Shown here: piece by piece, positions 47,455 to 57,660 of the stretch | Position numbering within the stretch: the stretch's first letter is position 1 | Layout of the letters: the number at the start of each line of letters is the position of its first letter | The notes under the pieces: model-generated | The model's input: only the letters and a program-made list of their open reading frames with translations | The model's database searches: none | What the model was told of the DNA's origin: nothing | Source: Nitrosopumilus sp. | GTDB lineage: Archaea; Thermoproteota; Nitrososphaeria; Nitrososphaerales; Nitrosopumilaceae | Direction: 5' to 3' | NCBI GenBank assembly: GCA_965204345.1 | Contig: OZ241981.1 | Coordinates: 768,001 to 832,000 of the forward strand | Length of the DNA: 64,000 nt | Position numbers and translations under genes: made by a program

Positions 47455-48654
47455 ATGACTCAAAAAGGAATTCTTGCATTCTCTGGCGGGCTAGACACTT
47501 CAGTTGTTGTAAAGTACCTACAAAATGAGCATGATATGGATGTAGTTACAGTCACAGTAGATGTGGGACAGGGAGAAGACTGGAAAGGGATTACAGCCAA
47601 GGCAAAAAAACTGGGCGTAAAAAAACACTACAACATTGATGCAAAAAAGGAATTTGTCAAGGATTATATTTTTCCATCAATAAAGGCAAACGCGCTCTAT
47701 CAGAAGAAATACTGCCTTGCAACAGCACTAGCTAGGCCACTGATTGCAGAAAAAGTTTTAGAAATTGCAAAAAAAGAAAAAGTGACATCACTTGCACATG
47801 GCTGTTCTGGCAAGGGCAATGATCAGGTAAGATTTGACATTACGTTACGTTCCGGCTCTGACTTGCCAATCATAGCCCCAATCAGGGACAAAAATTTGGA
47901 CAGGGATACGGAGCTAAAATTTGCAAAAAAACACGGAATAGAGATTGATACGGTGGCAAAAAGGTTCAGCATTGATCAAAACTTGTGGGGACGTGCAATA
48001 GAGGGAGGAGTGCTAGAAGACCCATACAATGAACCGCCAGAGGATGCTTTTATTTGGGTTAAAACAAAAAACCTGCCAGACAAGCCGGCTTATTTGGAAA
48101 TTAAATTCAGCAGGGGAATTCCAGTTGAAGCTGACGGTAAAAAAATGGATCCGTTAAAACTGATTGAATACATTAACAAAAAGGCAGGAAACGCAGGCAT
48201 TGGGATAGTTGATCATATTGAAGACAGGGTTGTAGGAATCAAGTCTCGTGAAGTATATGAAACCCCGGCAGCGGCCTGTCTTATTGAGGCTCATGCAGAC
48301 CTGGAGAAAATGGTCCACACAAAGCATGAAAATAAATTTAAATCAATGATTGATGATGAATGGGCATATTTGGTGTACTCGGGACTTTGGCAAGATCCCC
48401 TAAAGGCAGATTTGGATGGATTCATAGAAACATCACAAAAACCAGTCTCAGGAACCGTGAAGTTAAAAATGTACAAGGGAAGCTTACGAGTGGTCGGAAG
48501 AAAGTCCAGTAACTCGTTATACAGTCACAATATTGCAACCTATGGGGTAGAATCAACATTTGATCAGAGATTAGCCAAAGGATTTGTCGAATTGTGGGGA
48601 ATGCAGTCAACAGAAGCTAATAAATTACAAAAGAAAAGGTCAACAAAAACATGA
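47455..48654 (+). CDS. argG: Argininosuccinate synthase
   Basis: LAFSGGLDTS, HGCSGKGNDQVRF, SIDQNLWGR, GIKSREVYETP. Confidence 0.95.
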   Translation: MTQKGILAFSGGLDTSVVVKYLQNEHDMDVVTVTVDVGQGEDWKGITAKAKKLGVKKHYNIDAKKEFVKDYIFPSIKANALYQKKYCLATALARPLIAEKVLEIAKKEKVTSLAHGCSGKGNDQVRFDITLRSGSDLPIIAPIRDKNLDRDTELKFAKKHGIEIDTVAKRFSIDQNLWGRAIEGGVLEDPYNEPPEDAFIWVKTKNLPDKPAYLEIKFSRGIPVEADGKKMDPLKLIEYINKKAGNAGIGIVDHIEDRVVGIKSREVYETPAAACLIEAHADLEKMVHTKHENKFKSMIDDEWAYLVYSGLWQDPLKADLDGFIETSQKPVSGTVKLKMYKGSLRVVGRKSSNSLYSHNIATYGVESTFDQRLAKGFVELWGMQSTEANKLQKKRSTKT

Positions 48655-48818
48655 ACTGCCCAGAATGTGATGCAACACTAAACATCCCAGAGGATGCCTC
48701 AGTAGGGGAAATTGTCTCCTGTCCTGATTGTGGAGCTGACTTTGAAATCTCAAAAAAAGACGGATCAAATGTTGAGCTAAAACAAGCAGAAACCGTAGGC
48801 GAAGACTGGGGAGAGTAA
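48651..48818 (+). CDS. lysW: Amino-group carrier protein LysW, copy 1 (not in ORF track)
   Basis: MNCPECDATLNIPEDASVGEIVSCPDCGADFEISKKDGSNVELKQAETVGEDWGE*. Confidence 0.93.
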   Translation: MNCPECDATLNIPEDASVGEIVSCPDCGADFEISKKDGSNVELKQAETVGEDWGE

Positions 48819-49675
48819 TGTCAAAAGTTTGTATCGTGTTTGACCGCTTAAGAGCGGAAGAAAAAATGCTTCAGAAAGAGGCATCAGAACTGGGACACGA
48901 TGCCGCGATGACAGATGCAAAAATCACCCAAATCAATACAGACAGCAAAAAGGAGGATTTTGATTTTGGAGATGTTGTTTTAGAGAGGTGTGTGAGTTAT
49001 TTTAGGGGATTGCATCTTACTGCAAGTCTAGAGTTTATGGACGTCCCGGTATTGAACAAGTTTAATGTTGCAAGTACGTGTGGAAACAAGATGTTCATGA
49101 CGCTGCTTTTGAAAAAAAATAACATTCCAACACCAAAGACATATTTTTCATTTTCAAGTGACAGTGCAGCAGAGAATTTGGAAAAAGTAGGGTTTCCCTT
49201 GGTGATAAAGCCGGTAATTGGTAGTTGGGGAAGAGGGGTAATGCAGCTTGACAACAGAGACACCATGGAGGCAATTTTTGAGATAAGGGACATTACAGAT
49301 AGCCCACATGATAGAATATACTATTTACAAGAACTAGTCAAGAGACCGCCAAGGGACATCAGAGTTATCACAGTAGGTGACGAGCCCATTGCCGCCATGT
49401 ATAGAAAGTCTTCAGGGGGATTCAAAACAAACATAGCTCTGGGGGCAGACCCGGAACTTTGTGAGATCACAAAAGAGATGGAGGATATGGCTGCAAGGGC
49501 ATCAAAAGCCATGGGCGGGGGAATTTTGGGAATAGACATGATGGAGGATGAAGAAAAAGGACTGGTAGTACACGAAGTAAATAATACGGTAGAATTCAAG
49601 GGATTATCAAGAGTCGCACAACGAAACATACCAAAAGAAATGATAGAATTTGCGCTAAACTACGTTAGGAAATAA
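48818..49675 (+). CDS. LysX/ArgX-family ATP-grasp ligase, copy 1
   Basis: KPVIGSWGRG, YLQE...RPPRDIR, KTN.ALG, HEVNNTVEF; follows argG-lysW so possibly ArgX (inference). Confidence 0.88.
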   Translation: MSKVCIVFDRLRAEEKMLQKEASELGHDAAMTDAKITQINTDSKKEDFDFGDVVLERCVSYFRGLHLTASLEFMDVPVLNKFNVASTCGNKMFMTLLLKKNNIPTPKTYFSFSSDSAAENLEKVGFPLVIKPVIGSWGRGVMQLDNRDTMEAIFEIRDITDSPHDRIYYLQELVKRPPRDIRVITVGDEPIAAMYRKSSGGFKTNIALGADPELCEITKEMEDMAARASKAMGGGILGIDMMEDEEKGLVVHEVNNTVEFKGLSRVAQRNIPKEMIEFALNYVRK

Positions 49676-49703
49676 ATTATACTCCATTACGAGGAGATTT
49701 GTC

Positions 49704-50750
49704 ATGAAAGTAGGTGTTGTTGGAGCATCAGGATATGTGGGAGGAGAGACGCTTCGTCTTCTAGTAAACCATCCAAAGGTAGAGATCACCGCAGTAACAT
49801 CAAGACAGCATGTAAGGGAGTATCTACACAGAGTTCAGCCAAGCTTGAAAGGATTTACCGATCTAAAATTCTCTGAATTGGATTATGACAGATTAACAGA
49901 TCAGTGTGACTTGGTTTTTACGGCAGTTCCACACGGAACTGCAACTGAAATTGTAAAGGCTCTCTATGACAGGGGTGTTAAAATTATTGATTTGAGCGCA
50001 GATTACAGGTTGCACAATCAAGAGGCATATGATAAATGGTATGGATGGGAACATCCGCATCCAGATTACTTAGCAAAGTCAGTTTTTGGGGTACCAGAGT
50101 TACACAGGGAACAGATTAAAAATGCACAGCTGGTTTCTTGTCCGGGATGTATGGCCGTAACATCAATGCTGGCTCTGGCACCATTGATTCAAAACGACAT
50201 TATTGACACTGAGCACATAGTTGTGGATTCAAAGATTGGTTCATCAGGGGCAGGCTCGGGTTCAGGAACGGCACACGCAATGAGAGCAGGAGTAATCAGG
50301 CCATACAAGCCAGCAAAACACAGGCACACCGGTGAAATCGAGCAAGAGCTCAGCGAGATTGCGGGAAAAAAAATTAATGTTTCAATGAGTCCGCATGCAG
50401 TGGATGTGGTTAGGGGAATCCTGTGTACAAACCATACGTTTATGAAAAAAGATATTGAAGAAAAGGAGTTGTGGAAGTTGTATCGCGAAGCTTATGGTGA
50501 GGAAAGGTTTGTCAGACTGATCAGAGATAAGAAAGGATTGTACAAGTTCCCAGATCCAAAATTCCTAGTTGGTTCAAACTTTTGTGATATTGGATTTGAT
50601 TTAGATGAGGATAACAACAGACTGATTGCATTATCTGCATCAGATAACTTGATGAAGGGTGCGGCAGGTTCTGCCATTCAAAACATGAATGTAATGTGCG
50701 GCTTTGATGAAATGGATGGGCTTAGATATACTCCACTAACCCCGGTTTAG
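49704..50750 (+). CDS. lysY: LysW-gamma-L-glutamyl/aminoadipyl phosphate reductase (LysY/ArgC)
   Basis: GASGYVG, DLSADYRL, CPGC, SSGAG, DNLMKGAAGSA.QNMN. Confidence 0.9.
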   Translation: MKVGVVGASGYVGGETLRLLVNHPKVEITAVTSRQHVREYLHRVQPSLKGFTDLKFSELDYDRLTDQCDLVFTAVPHGTATEIVKALYDRGVKIIDLSADYRLHNQEAYDKWYGWEHPHPDYLAKSVFGVPELHREQIKNAQLVSCPGCMAVTSMLALAPLIQNDIIDTEHIVVDSKIGSSGAGSGSGTAHAMRAGVIRPYKPAKHRHTGEIEQELSEIAGKKINVSMSPHAVDVVRGILCTNHTFMKKDIEEKELWKLYREAYGEERFVRLIRDKKGLYKFPDPKFLVGSNFCDIGFDLDEDNNRLIALSASDNLMKGAAGSAIQNMNVMCGFDEMDGLRYTPLTPV

Positions 50751-50752
50751 AG

Positions 50753-51556
50753 ATGATTACTATCAAGATTGGCGGAAGTGTAGTAGATGATTTGCACCAG
50801 TCTACAATTTCAGATATTAAAAAAATAGCTGAAAGCGAAGGAATCATCATAGTTCACGGAGGGGGAAAAGAAGTCACAAAGGTTTGCAAGCAGCTTGGAA
50901 AGGAGCCAAGATTTGTAACATCCCCAAGCGGCATCAAAAGCAGGTATACAGACAAGGAAACAGCGGAGATATTCACCATGGTAATGTCAGGAAGGATAAA
51001 CAAGACAATTGTTCGAATGCTTCAAAAAAACGGCATTAATGCAATTGGTCTTTCAGGGGTAGATGCCAGAGTAATCAAGGCAGACAGAAAGAAAAAACTG
51101 CTCATAGTCAACGAAAAGGGAAGAAAGCAGGCCATTGATGGAGGGTATACAGGTAAAATTAAAGAGGTAAATTCAAAATTCATCAAATCCCTCTTGGAAC
51201 AGGGTTTTACGCCTGTCATCTCACCAATAGCAATGAGTGAAGAGTCGGAATTTCTCAACATTGATGGGGACAGGGCAGCAGCGTATGTTGCAGGCAGGAC
51301 CGGATGTGATAAGGTATTATTCATCACAAATGTTGATGGGTTGTTGATGGATGAGAAACTTGTGCCAAAACTCACATTGGCAGAAGCAAAAGAAATTCGG
51401 CCAAAAATTGGGCCGGGAATGGAAAAAAAAATTTTGGCATCTACTGAGGCACTAGACATGGGGGTAAGAGAGGCATTGATTGGCAATGGTCAAAGAGAGG
51501 ATCCAATATCATCAGCCATTGCACATGAGAGCTGTACGGTGATTGAACATGAGTGA
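50753..51556 (+). CDS. lysZ: LysW-glutamate/aminoadipate kinase (LysZ/ArgB)
   Basis: IKIGGS, VHGGG, SRYTD, NIDGDRAA, GM..K. Confidence 0.9.
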   Translation: MITIKIGGSVVDDLHQSTISDIKKIAESEGIIIVHGGGKEVTKVCKQLGKEPRFVTSPSGIKSRYTDKETAEIFTMVMSGRINKTIVRMLQKNGINAIGLSGVDARVIKADRKKKLLIVNEKGRKQAIDGGYTGKIKEVNSKFIKSLLEQGFTPVISPIAMSEESEFLNIDGDRAAAYVAGRTGCDKVLFITNVDGLLMDEKLVPKLTLAEAKEIRPKIGPGMEKKILASTEALDMGVREALIGNGQREDPISSAIAHESCTVIEHE

Positions 51557-52730
51557 GGATCAGTTTATGGGGAATTTGTATCAGAGATTTCCAGTTACAG
51601 TTGAAAAAGGCAGTGGTGCTCATGTGTGGGATGCAGATGGAAACGAGTACATTGATTGCATGGGAGGATACGGAGTAGCACTAGTCGGTCATAAGAATGA
51701 AAGAGTCAATGATGCAATAAAAAAACAGATTGATAAGATAATTACAGTTCATAGTTCGTTGTACAACAAGACCAGAGAGGAATTTTTAGCAACGTTGATT
51801 GGATTGGCGCCTAAAGGACTCACACAGGTTCATCTAAACAACAGCGGAGCAGAGGCAATTGAGGCTGCAATGAAATTTGCAAGAAAGTTTACAGGTAAAA
51901 CAGGAATGGTTGCAATGAAAGGATCATACCATGGGAAATCATTTGGCGCATTGTCATTGACATTTAACCCAAAGTATAGAAAAGCATTTGCGCCACTTGT
52001 AGAGAAGGTCTCATTTGCATCATATGGGAATATAGAATCACTGCGCTCAGTAATTGATGATGATACAGCATTTGTAATTTTAGAGCCAATACAGGGGGAA
52101 AGCGGAATCATTGTGGCTCCTGAGGGATTTTTACAGGAGGTTAGAAAACTTTGTGATGAGAAAGGGATTGTATTAATCTTTGACGAAATACAAGCTGGCT
52201 TGGGAAGGACGGGACGATTATGGGCCTGTGATCATTGGAATACAGCGCCAGATATCTTATGTCTTGCAAAAGGAATTGCAGGAGGAGTGCCCATGGGAGC
52301 AACACTTGTCAAGCCAGATATTTTAGCCTCAATGAGCAAGGGAGAACACTCATCCACATTTGGGGGAAACCCAATATCATGTGCGGCAGGAACAGCAGCT
52401 CTTAAAGCAATCACAGAGGATGGACTAGTTGAAAATTCAGAAAAAATGGGAAGATTGTTCAGAGACGGATTGGAGGCATTAAAGGAAAAGCATACGATGA
52501 TACGAGAAATTAGAGGCAAGGGACTTATGATAGGAATCGAGATGAAGTTTGAAGTCAAGGATATTCTAATGGCATTAATCAAGAAAAGAGTCCTGATGCT
52601 CTATTCTGGAAGAAATATTCTAAGGATTCTTCCCCCATTAGTAATATCTAAAGAAGATGTAACAAAAGTTTTACATGCTCTTGATTCCATACTAACAGAA
52701 GAGGAGGAAAAACGAAATGTACAAGGATAA
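51549..52730 (+). CDS. lysJ: LysW-semialdehyde transaminase (LysJ/ArgD), class III PLP aminotransferase
   Basis: NSGAEA.EAA.K, EPIQGESG, FDEIQ.GLGRTG, LAKGIAGG.P, STFGGNP. Confidence 0.9.
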   Translation: MSEDQFMGNLYQRFPVTVEKGSGAHVWDADGNEYIDCMGGYGVALVGHKNERVNDAIKKQIDKIITVHSSLYNKTREEFLATLIGLAPKGLTQVHLNNSGAEAIEAAMKFARKFTGKTGMVAMKGSYHGKSFGALSLTFNPKYRKAFAPLVEKVSFASYGNIESLRSVIDDDTAFVILEPIQGESGIIVAPEGFLQEVRKLCDEKGIVLIFDEIQAGLGRTGRLWACDHWNTAPDILCLAKGIAGGVPMGATLVKPDILASMSKGEHSSTFGGNPISCAAGTAALKAITEDGLVENSEKMGRLFRDGLEALKEKHTMIREIRGKGLMIGIEMKFEVKDILMALIKKRVLMLYSGRNILRILPPLVISKEDVTKVLHALDSILTEEEEKRNVQG

Positions 52731-53136
52731 AATTGATGAAAAAATTATCGGATATCTTAGGGAGGATTCAAGAGAATCATTTGTAGACATTGGCAAAAAA
52801 CTGGAACTTTCTGAATCAGCAGTACGAAGGCGTGTAAAAAATCTGGTAGACAGCAAAACCATTAAAAAATTTACTGTGGAATTAGGCGAGGAAAATACTA
52901 CAAGTGCCATAGTCCTAGTTTCAGTGGATTCGGCAACTGACACATCTAGGGTATCACTAAAGCTGGCAAAGCTGGAAGGTGTCAAAACAGTTTATGAGAT
53001 TACAGGACAATACGACATTACAACAATTATGAGCGCAACTAACATTGCAGAAATTAATAACAGTATTGATGCCCTTAGAAAAATTCCGGGGGTAGTAGAT
53101 ACAAACACGGTCATTATTTTAAGAAAAATAGTCTAA
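52717..53136 (+). CDS. lysM: Lrp/AsnC-family regulator (LysM-like)
   Basis: D.ID.KI...L..DSR.SF..IG..L.LSESAVRRRV HTH; YEITG.YD; inside lys cluster. Confidence 0.82.
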   Translation: MYKDKIDEKIIGYLREDSRESFVDIGKKLELSESAVRRRVKNLVDSKTIKKFTVELGEENTTSAIVLVSVDSATDTSRVSLKLAKLEGVKTVYEITGQYDITTIMSATNIAEINNSIDALRKIPGVVDTNTVIILRKIV

Positions 53137-53196
53137 AACGACATTCGTTTCATAATTTTAATTTAAAACTAAGTTAGGATCATTATTCATTACTTT

Positions 53197-53226
53197 CAAC
53201 GATAATAGTACGAATATGTTTATATC
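53197..53226 (+). promoter_or_regulatory. Putative Lrp/LysM-type operator directly upstream of BRE/TATA of the homocitrate synthase operon
   Basis: caacgataatagtac (53197-53211) then tttatatc (53219-53226), about 27-34 bp before ATG 53253. Confidence 0.35.
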
Positions 53227-53252
53227 ATCAATCCGGATTAACGATTTCAGTA

Positions 53253-54419
53253 ATGAAAGATCCGAATCACTATGCAAATATTTACAATGCATACGACAAA
53301 AACCAAAAAAAAATTAGAATTCTAGATAGCACTCTCAGGGAAGGGGAGCAGCATCCGGGTGTCTCATTTACAAACAAGCAAAGAATTCAGATTGCATGGA
53401 TGTTAGATTATTTTGGGGTAGATCAAATTGAGATTTCACCAGTAGTATCAGATGATCACAGAGAGGCAACCAAGACAATTATCAAGCAAGAATTAAGTGC
53501 AGATATTGTATCCCACGGACGTGCACTCAAAGAAGACATAGACATATCACTTGGCTGTGATGCCAAATGGTGTGCGGCGTATTTGGGAATTTCAGACATA
53601 CATCTAAAAGACAAGCTGCGAATCACAAGGGAAGAGGCACTTGGCAGGGCAGTGGAAACCGTAGAATATGCAAAATCTCACGGTCTTAAAATTAGATTTA
53701 CAGTAGAGGATGGAAGCAGGGCAGAGCCGAAATTTTTGCTAGAGGTTTGTAAAGCAATTGAGGAGGCAGGAGTAGACAGAATCAGCCTTCCAGATACGGT
53801 AGGAATATTACGTCCAATAGGAATGTACAATTTTGTTAAAAAGGTAAGAGAGGTAATAGATACCCCGTTAGACGCACATGTTCACAACGATATTGGCTTT
53901 GCAGTAGCTAATGCGTTCTCTGCATGTGATGCAGGAGTTGATCAGATACATACTACCATTGACGGAATAGGTGAAAGAACGGGAATTCCGCCACTTGCAG
54001 AAGTGGCAGTGGCGCTAACATACCTATACAAATCGCCAAATGACTTTAGATTGGACATGCTGCTAGACTTGTCAAGACTGATTGAGGAATACACGTCAAT
54101 CAGACCATATGACTCAAAACCAATTGTAGGTACAGCAGCATACAAACACAAGGCCGGTACGCACCTTGCAGCCATACTCAAAAATCCGGCAGCCTATGAG
54201 CCAATTCCGCCAAGGACAGTGGGAAACAGAAGAAGGATAGTATTTGGAGAGCTTGCCGGAAAGACAGGTGCGGCGTATTTGATGTCACTGTTAGGATTAG
54301 AAAAAGACGAAGAGGGCGCAAGGGCAGTGGCTGCAGGACTAAAGGGTCTGAGAATGGGAGATCTTATAGAGATCCCCCTAGAGGACAGATTTGAAAAAAA
54401 GATAATTAATGATAAATAA
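53253..54419 (+). CDS. Homocitrate synthase / LeuA-family acyltransferase
   Basis: LDSTLREGEQ, LPDTVG, H.HND.G.A.AN, GIGER.G, HKAG.H; context in lys cluster favours homocitrate synthase. Confidence 0.85.
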   Translation: MKDPNHYANIYNAYDKNQKKIRILDSTLREGEQHPGVSFTNKQRIQIAWMLDYFGVDQIEISPVVSDDHREATKTIIKQELSADIVSHGRALKEDIDISLGCDAKWCAAYLGISDIHLKDKLRITREEALGRAVETVEYAKSHGLKIRFTVEDGSRAEPKFLLEVCKAIEEAGVDRISLPDTVGILRPIGMYNFVKKVREVIDTPLDAHVHNDIGFAVANAFSACDAGVDQIHTTIDGIGERTGIPPLAEVAVALTYLYKSPNDFRLDMLLDLSRLIEEYTSIRPYDSKPIVGTAAYKHKAGTHLAAILKNPAAYEPIPPRTVGNRRRIVFGELAGKTGAAYLMSLLGLEKDEEGARAVAAGLKGLRMGDLIEIPLEDRFEKKIINDK

Positions 54420-54441
54420 AGAGGGGTAATGAGTAGAAGAT

Positions 54442-54609
54442 ATGTCAAAATGTGAAGAATGTGATGCAGATATCTCAGTGCCAAGTGATGCGCTTGAAGG
54501 AGAAATTGTAACATGTCCGGAATGTGGTGCAAGTTTTGAATTAGCAAAAGGTTCAAACGGTTTCGATCTAAAGCCGGCCCAAACGGTTGGCGAGGATTGG
54601 GGACAGTGA
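54442..54609 (+). CDS. lysW: Amino-group carrier protein LysW, copy 2, C-terminus EDWGQ (not in ORF track)
   Basis: MSKCEECDADISVPSDALEGEIVTCPECGASFELAKGSNGFDLKPAQTVGEDWGQ*. Confidence 0.9.
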   Translation: MSKCEECDADISVPSDALEGEIVTCPECGASFELAKGSNGFDLKPAQTVGEDWGQ

Positions 54610-55448
54610 ATCCCAAGGTTACCATTCTTTACGATACCATCCGTTGGGAAGAAAAGGCTCTGTTAGAGGCAGGCAAAAAAAAGGATATTAACATACAGAT
54701 GGTAGATTGTAAGAAACTGGCATTGGATTTGGAAAAAGAGCCAGAAGATTATGGCATAGTTATTCAAAGATGCGTAAGCTACTATAGAAATTTACACTCA
54801 ACTGCTGCCCTTGAAGGGCTGGGTGTAAGAGTAATCAACTGTCTTAATACGGGGGTTTTTGCAGGAAACAAGCTGTTTACACACATGTTGCTAAAAAAAT
54901 TCAATGTCCCCACCCCTGATGCAACGGTGGCATTTTCAAAGGATGCGGCATTGCAGGCATTAGATACGCAGGGTTTTCCCAAAGTAATCAAGCCAACAGT
55001 GGGAAGTTGGGGCAGGTTAATTTCGAAACTAAATGACAGGGATTCTGCTGAGGGAATAATAGAAAGCAGAGAAAACATGTATCCAATCTATCAGGTTCAT
55101 TATTTGGAGGAATTTGTAAAAAGGCCGCCAAGGGACATTAGGGCAATTATGGTAGGAGACAAAATAGTTGCGGCAATCTACAGAATCTCCAAACATTGGA
55201 AAACAAACATGGCATTAGGAGGAACGGCTGAGCCGTGCAAGGTTACTCAAGAGATGGAAGAAATGTGTATCAAGGCAAAAAATGCAGTTCAGGGGGATAT
55301 TGTGGGTGTAGATCTGATGGAGAGTAGCGAAAAAGGCCTGGTCGTACATGAAATAAACAATACGACAGAATACAAAAATACAGTCAGAGTATGCAAAACA
55401 GACATCCCGGCATTAATGCTAGAATATGCGCTAGGCATGGAAAGGTAG
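54606..55448 (+). CDS. lysX: LysX-family ATP-grasp ligase, copy 2
   Basis: GTG start overlapping lysW2 stop; KPTVGSWGR, RPPRDIR, WKTN.ALGG, HEINNTTEY. Confidence 0.88.
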   Translation: MNPKVTILYDTIRWEEKALLEAGKKKDINIQMVDCKKLALDLEKEPEDYGIVIQRCVSYYRNLHSTAALEGLGVRVINCLNTGVFAGNKLFTHMLLKKFNVPTPDATVAFSKDAALQALDTQGFPKVIKPTVGSWGRLISKLNDRDSAEGIIESRENMYPIYQVHYLEEFVKRPPRDIRAIMVGDKIVAAIYRISKHWKTNMALGGTAEPCKVTQEMEEMCIKAKNAVQGDIVGVDLMESSEKGLVVHEINNTTEYKNTVRVCKTDIPALMLEYALGMER

Positions 55449-55451
55449 GAA

Positions 55452-56576
55452 TTGGACACTCATTTTACAGTCTCACCAAGGTTTGCAGTAAAGATGTTAG
55501 AGAAGGCACTTAGGCTGTACACCCCATCCCTTAGTGAAAAACCAATGGCCGAATTTCTAGCTGACAAGTGTGATGATTTGGGATTTGAAGACATTCAGAT
55601 TGACGAGGTGGGAAATGTCATTGCAAAAAAGGGTTCAGGCGTGCCAAAAATCATGCTGTGTGGACACATGGACGTTGTTCCAGGCAAAGTCAAGGTAAGA
55701 AAAGAGGGAGACTCACTTTATGGCAGAGGTGCATCTGATGCAAAGGCGCCGCTAATGGCAATGCTGTTTGCAGCAGCATCAATTCAAAATAACAATGGAA
55801 CCGTGATTTTTGTAGGTGCAGTTGACGAGGAAGGAAATGCAACCGGAATTAAGAATCTTGTCAAAAAAGAGATGAATGTAGACTATGCCATTTTTGGAGA
55901 ACCAAGCGGAATTAAAAAAGTAACAATTGCATACAAGGGAAGGCTGGCAATAAATCTCAAAATTAGTGTAGAGAACAGCTCCCATGCAAGTGCGCCATGG
56001 TTATCAAAGAATGCAATTTTAGAATCAATGATATTTGCAAGGGAGCTAAAAGAGAAACTAGAGGCAGATCAGGGCGAAAAAACAAAAGGAATGCTACTGA
56101 CTGCAACAATGACTGAGGTCAGGGGCGGAACAAGCCACAATGTTACGCCAAAGGACTGTGAAACAACATTTGACATCAGGATTCCAGTAGATATGGACTG
56201 CAAATCAATTGAGCAAAAGATTGCCACTCTGGTCAAAGAGATATCCCAAGAGAGAAAGGTTGAGGCGTTTTACTCAATTCTTGATGAAACAGAGCCATTT
56301 GAGGCACCACATAACTCGCCACTGGTCAGGGCATTTACGCTTGGAATCATGGAAACTGAAAACTCAAGACCAACCTTAATTAGAAAAACCGGTACAGGAG
56401 ACATGAATGTTCTAGGCAACCAGTGGGGAATTCCAGTTGTCACATATGGTCCAGGTGACCCACACGAGGCCCACACCATAGATGAAAAGGTCTCAGTTGA
56501 GGAATATCTCAAAGGAATAGAGATTCTCAAAAAAACCCTACAGCATTTAAAAAGACTGCATGACAAAAAAATATAG
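55452..56576 (+). CDS. lysK: LysW-lysine/ornithine hydrolase (LysK/ArgE, M20 family)
   Basis: GHMDVVPG, GRGASDAK, VDEE, GEPS, KTGTGDMN, YGPGD...AHT. Confidence 0.88.
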   Translation: MDTHFTVSPRFAVKMLEKALRLYTPSLSEKPMAEFLADKCDDLGFEDIQIDEVGNVIAKKGSGVPKIMLCGHMDVVPGKVKVRKEGDSLYGRGASDAKAPLMAMLFAAASIQNNNGTVIFVGAVDEEGNATGIKNLVKKEMNVDYAIFGEPSGIKKVTIAYKGRLAINLKISVENSSHASAPWLSKNAILESMIFARELKEKLEADQGEKTKGMLLTATMTEVRGGTSHNVTPKDCETTFDIRIPVDMDCKSIEQKIATLVKEISQERKVEAFYSILDETEPFEAPHNSPLVRAFTLGIMETENSRPTLIRKTGTGDMNVLGNQWGIPVVTYGPGDPHEAHTIDEKVSVEEYLKGIEILKKTLQHLKRLHDKKI

Positions 56577-56578
56577 CA

Positions 56579-57616
56579 ATGCTCTGGTTTGTAGGTTTGG
56601 GAATTTCAGGATTCAAATCAATATCTAGCGAAGCACTAGATGTTTTATCAAAGGCAGACATTGTGTATTTGGAACAGTTCACAAGTCCGATTGGAAGATC
56701 AGATTTGAATAAAATCAAAAATGCCACCAGGGGGGAATTTAAGCTCGCCAAGCGATGGCTGGTAGAAGACGGAAGTGAGATTTTAAAAAATGCAAAAAAG
56801 AAAAAAGTGGCACTGCTGGCATATGGTGATCCGTATGTTGCAACAACACATATTGAATTAAGAACAAGGGCAATTGAGGAAAAAATTAGGACACATTCTG
56901 TTCATGCATCATCGTCGCTGACATCAATGATAGGAGAATGCGGTTTGCATTTTTACAAAGTTGGCAGAATTGCAACAATCATGAGCGAGATGAAGTCATT
57001 GACAACGCCATACTATGTAATTTACAAGAATATTATCGAAGGAAATCACACAGTACTTTTATTGGAATATAACCAAGACAAGGATTTTTTCTTGGATCCC
57101 AAGGATGCACTAAAAGGTCTTTTGGAAACAGAAAAGGGACAGACAAGAAACGTGATCAGCCCATCAACGTATGCCATTGTTGCATCAAGGATTGGATTTG
57201 GGGACCAAAAAATTATTTCAGGTAAGATATCTAGTTTAAAAAAAATTAGTTTTGGCAGGCCCCCACACACAGTCATCATACCGGGAAGATTGCATTTTAC
57301 AGAGTCAGACGCGCTGAGGATGCTTGGGGGATGTGTTGATGAGCCGTTTGATAATACCGAGAAAATTGAAAAAATTTCAGTCCAGATGATCAAAAAATAT
57401 GTCCCAATGGTAAGGGAGGCATTAGAGGAAGTAGAGTCATTGTACAAAAACCAGAGCGAATTTCAAGGAATTTTAGAAAATGCAGAGCTGTATGTAAGGG
57501 ATGCTGAAAAATTTCTCGAAGATGGGCAAGATGAGGTGGCAATCTTGAGCATAGGTTATGCAGACGGGCTTGTAGACGCACTAAGATTGGCAAAAGGCCT
57601 TGATCCAAAAATGTAA
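56579..57616 (+). CDS. dph5: Diphthine synthase with C-terminal DUF357-like domain
   Basis: L.FVGLG, YLE.FTS, GDP.VATTH, G.HT..LL, PPH..IIP; tail Y..DA..F...G....A...IGYA.G..DA. Confidence 0.88.
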   Translation: MLWFVGLGISGFKSISSEALDVLSKADIVYLEQFTSPIGRSDLNKIKNATRGEFKLAKRWLVEDGSEILKNAKKKKVALLAYGDPYVATTHIELRTRAIEEKIRTHSVHASSSLTSMIGECGLHFYKVGRIATIMSEMKSLTTPYYVIYKNIIEGNHTVLLLEYNQDKDFFLDPKDALKGLLETEKGQTRNVISPSTYAIVASRIGFGDQKIISGKISSLKKISFGRPPHTVIIPGRLHFTESDALRMLGGCVDEPFDNTEKIEKISVQMIKKYVPMVREALEEVESLYKNQSEFQGILENAELYVRDAEKFLEDGQDEVAILSIGYADGLVDALRLAKGLDPKM

Positions 57617-57660
57617 TTCTTAGCGATGAATTAAAGAGGGGTCAAAAATAGGAAAAAACA

